Origin: Amphiscolops sp. MND2022
Lineage: Eukaryota
Assembly: GCA_964187785.1 (NCBI GenBank)
Contig: OZ076409.1
Coordinates: forward strand, 59,212,001 to 59,276,000
Length of the DNA stretch: 64,000 bases
Direction of reading: 5' to 3'
Shown here: one piece after another, positions 60,921-64,000 of the stretch
Position numbering within the stretch: the first letter of the stretch is position 1
Layout: each line of letters opens with the position of its first letter
Notes under the pieces: generated by a model
What the model saw: the letters and a program-made list of their open reading frames with translations, nothing else
What the model was told of the DNA's origin: nothing
Database searches by the model: none
Made by a program: the position numbers and the translations under genes

Positions 60921-61749
60921 TATGCCGTTTCTAAATTGTGTTCAGCATGTTCCAAAAAATCCTCGTAGCATGCTTCAGCCTCGTACAAACGAGCAGGTGG
61001 ACAAAAAAGCCCAATTCACAATGATACATCATATGAATGAGCACAAAAACAATGATGTATGTCTCTTGGAATCCATCAAAAATCAGATCTGGACCTCGAA
61101 AATATCCGTCGTTTTTATAGTCTTGGCTGGCCAACTGAGAAACAGTCGACACTGGGAGGGCTACAAACAAAAAAGGACCTCGAACATCATATTAATATAC
61201 GATGAAAATATCTTGTGGCTTCGATTGAATTTTTGTAAGTGGGATTATAATATAGGTTTTATTCTTGTGTGAGCTATAAAATTTATTCAAATGATATTGA
61301 TGGTCATTTCTTCCAAAAGGGGTCAATACTGCAGAAGACCCTTTCGCTTCTAGTGACGATGTTTTGGATTATGAAAACGACAAGTTTTTGGCAGATTTGC
61401 TGGACGAAATTGTGGAGTCCGTTCACGTTGACCTCTACAGTTCAAAGGTCACGGTCAATTGAGAACAATCTTTAGCAGTTGGTTCTTCAAGGGTTGAGTG
61501 AATTGAACAGATTGAATGTTTGCCAAGTTTTTCTTTTCGTTGCAAATCAATACTTTGATTTTCCTATTGATCGTTATAATACTTTGTGACCAAAATGGTT
61601 TTTAGTTAGTTTTGACATTTTGGTGAGAAAAATCCTTTTTAGGCCCAAAGTGTGTGAGATTGCGATTTTCTTCAAAAAAGATTACTTGAATCTTCGAGAT
61701 ATTTTGCCCCTTTTTGAGCCTTTTGTATTGCGCCGACTTGTTAACTCAT

Positions 61750-62700
61750 GTATTCTCCGAATTTTTTTTCGAATCATTCGATGATTTCGACAGCACTATG
61801 ACGTTTTGAGAAGCTTTGTCAACACTTTTTTTTTCAAAAGAGAAAGAGTGAGAGAAGTTGAAACAAATTTCAAACAAGTTTGAAAACAAAAAGCGTCTCG
61901 ATGAACAATGTCTAATATAGTGTCTGCCAACATAAAGTTTGACATGAAACAAAAGTTCATAGAAATTTCGTGTTAACTGGCAAAAACATGGCTTATATTA
62001 CTGATTATATTCTTATTTGGCCAGACAGAATTTCGAACGTTTTACTGTTTATTTTAATATTGTTTTGCTTTCTAAAGGACCGTTGGTAGTATATAAATGG
62101 GCTCATTTTGGAAACCGTTTGGATCCATGTTCAATTCATGTGTTTGAATTTGCAAAAAATGGTATTCCATCCATTTTTTTAGAAAATTATTTTTTCTGGA
62201 AATTTGTTTTGGAAATTCACGAAGTTTAGAAAGTTTAGGTTATAAAGGATTAAGAGCTTAACAACCAACTCTTTTGAGATCCTGCGTCAACATAACTGCC
62301 TGTCTGCTGATTGTGGAATCTGCAAATTACTATTGTAAAGCCTATCTTCGCGACTCTGTTAATTTCTTTCCAGTCAACGCTGCAATGCAATAATGTATAT
62401 CAACAGAAAATCTATCTGGAAAACGAGCTGCTTGGTTTTCTGTTGACCTAGTTGCTTTGGGTAGATAGAAGTGTTGTACATCTATTTTTGTGTCATTCAC
62501 ATTGTTTTCCCGTTTTAATTTTTTTGTGAAAATAGTTGAACATATTTTTGGGAGAAAAGTATTGTTAGCTAGATTACTTTTTGAAAATTCCAAATCACTT
62601 TCAACTTTTTCTGTCCTTCTAGAAACTTGATCACTGTTTGTCATGAAATGAACGAGTAATCGTCGGAATGCAGGAAAAATATTGCATTTCATGTTAGAAG
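61750..62700 (-). pseudogene. Possible decayed hAT transposase C-terminal remnant
   Basis: Weak resemblance only: LPKATR..ARF and LFSNLFEICF segments on the minus strand. Confidence 0.25.
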
Positions 62701-64000
62701 CTTCGAAAATTTGTTCGTTTTGTTTTTGTTCGAGTTTTTATCCAATCAATCAAGATGTACTGCACTTCACAAGTTGGTATGGTGAAGGTATGTCGTGTTT
62801 TGTGTATATTAGGCTGACTCAACTTGCAAGAGGGTTGAAACTCTGTGGATTCGGAGCTGAGACTTTCACAGAGTGGTGATTGGGGGACACTAAAATAGAA
62901 TCATTTAACCAACAGTGCAATAATAACTTAGAGAAGAGAGAATGATGAGAGAGTTCAGTACAAATCAAACGTGATCATCGTCAAGTATATTTGTTGTAAC
63001 AGATTTTGTGAATAGTAGTTTTGGACAAGAGTAACACTGTTTTCATTTGAGTGGAGGATAAGCTGATTGCGCCCCGCAGTTTCTATGTTTAGACTTTCCA
63101 GGACTTTTAGTCGGGGCTTTTCCAGGTGTTACGTTATTACAAAAAGGTCCTCTTTTTTTAGAGATATGTTCTTTTTTTTTCAAATGAGCGCATATTTGTC
63201 CAGGGTCTCCATTTTAAAACATTTTGGGGTTAAGAAACTTATACTCTGCATTTTCTAATCTAAAGGGTTTTTATTTGGAGGGGGTTTCTACCAAAATGTT
63301 CATTTTGCGGGGCTTTCCTCAGAAGGCGGGTTCTAAAGCTATTCTTTGGTATGTTCCAGTTACGACGGTTTTACCACTACCAATTGGCCAATTTCCTGTT
63401 TATTGATCTGCATTCGAATTTCTTCGAAATTCTCCTTTAAACTGTCACCTTTCGACAAATTTGATATCCGGTTTGAACATGCAACATCCATCAAGACCTA
63501 ATTGTCGACTCAATTTGTTAGCCAATTTTGATTGGCTACTCCAAGTCTTTGTCTACTCTTTTGAATTCTCGAAGCAGCAAGTCAGCGCTTTCATTGAGAT
63601 GAAGCGAACGACCGTTAACTGTTCGTACGCCATAAGATGAAGTTCGTACACCGAGAGCTCAATATACGAATGCCAAACGTCATACGAATGCGAACTTAGT
63701 AATTGTCAGGGACCGTAAAAAAAGTAAAAACATTTGCTAAAAAACACTTTTTTAAGTAAAAAATTTCGCGAAAAAGGTAAGAAAAATTTTCTGGATGAAT
63801 CTTCAATTTATTCGCATGAACAAATGCTTATAAATCGTCTCACTTTTTATGTTTGTACAGTTATCCAACTTGGATTTTAGAATACTAAGCAAACGTTCAA
63901 CTGCACAAGATGTCAACGGACCATATAAAAATACAGCACAATTGTCCCGGATACAATTCAGGTCCGGGTTTTTTGCAAGAACAGATTTCCATTTTTCAAG

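Overview
This is AT-rich, intron-rich animal genomic DNA; an invertebrate such as an acoel or flatworm is a guess only. Three spliced genes lie on the + strand, built by hand from splice phase and protein motifs. (1) A 5'-truncated ORP1L/OSBPL1A-like oxysterol-binding protein, 11 exons at 2839-30004, with the end of the PH domain, a coiled coil, a FFAT-like motif and an ORD domain containing EQVSHHPP. (2) RanGAP1, 5 coding exons at 34570-39542. (3) An EDEM3-like GH47 mannosidase with a PA domain, about 12 exons at 46045 to ~60224, 3' end uncertain. Introns and intergenic DNA are full of mobile elements: two decayed LINE fragments, an internally deleted LTR retrotransposon with an intact TSD, three hAT MITEs, one Tc1/pogo MITE, one MULE/foldback-like element and tRNA-derived SINE heads. 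The most striking feature is about 25 copies or fragments of non-coding elements with Helentron/HINE (DINE-1-like, Helitron2) architecture: an asymmetric sub-terminal inverted repeat, a 5' partial inverted repeat, a 3' hairpin, T-rich ends and no TSD. They fall into at least 3-4 end-sequence families that keep the same structure through compensatory changes, share internal modules, carry tRNA-like pieces and seed tandem arrays. Most short ORFs in the supplied track are spurious translations of these repeats. No CRISPR array, rRNA or prokaryotic system was seen.
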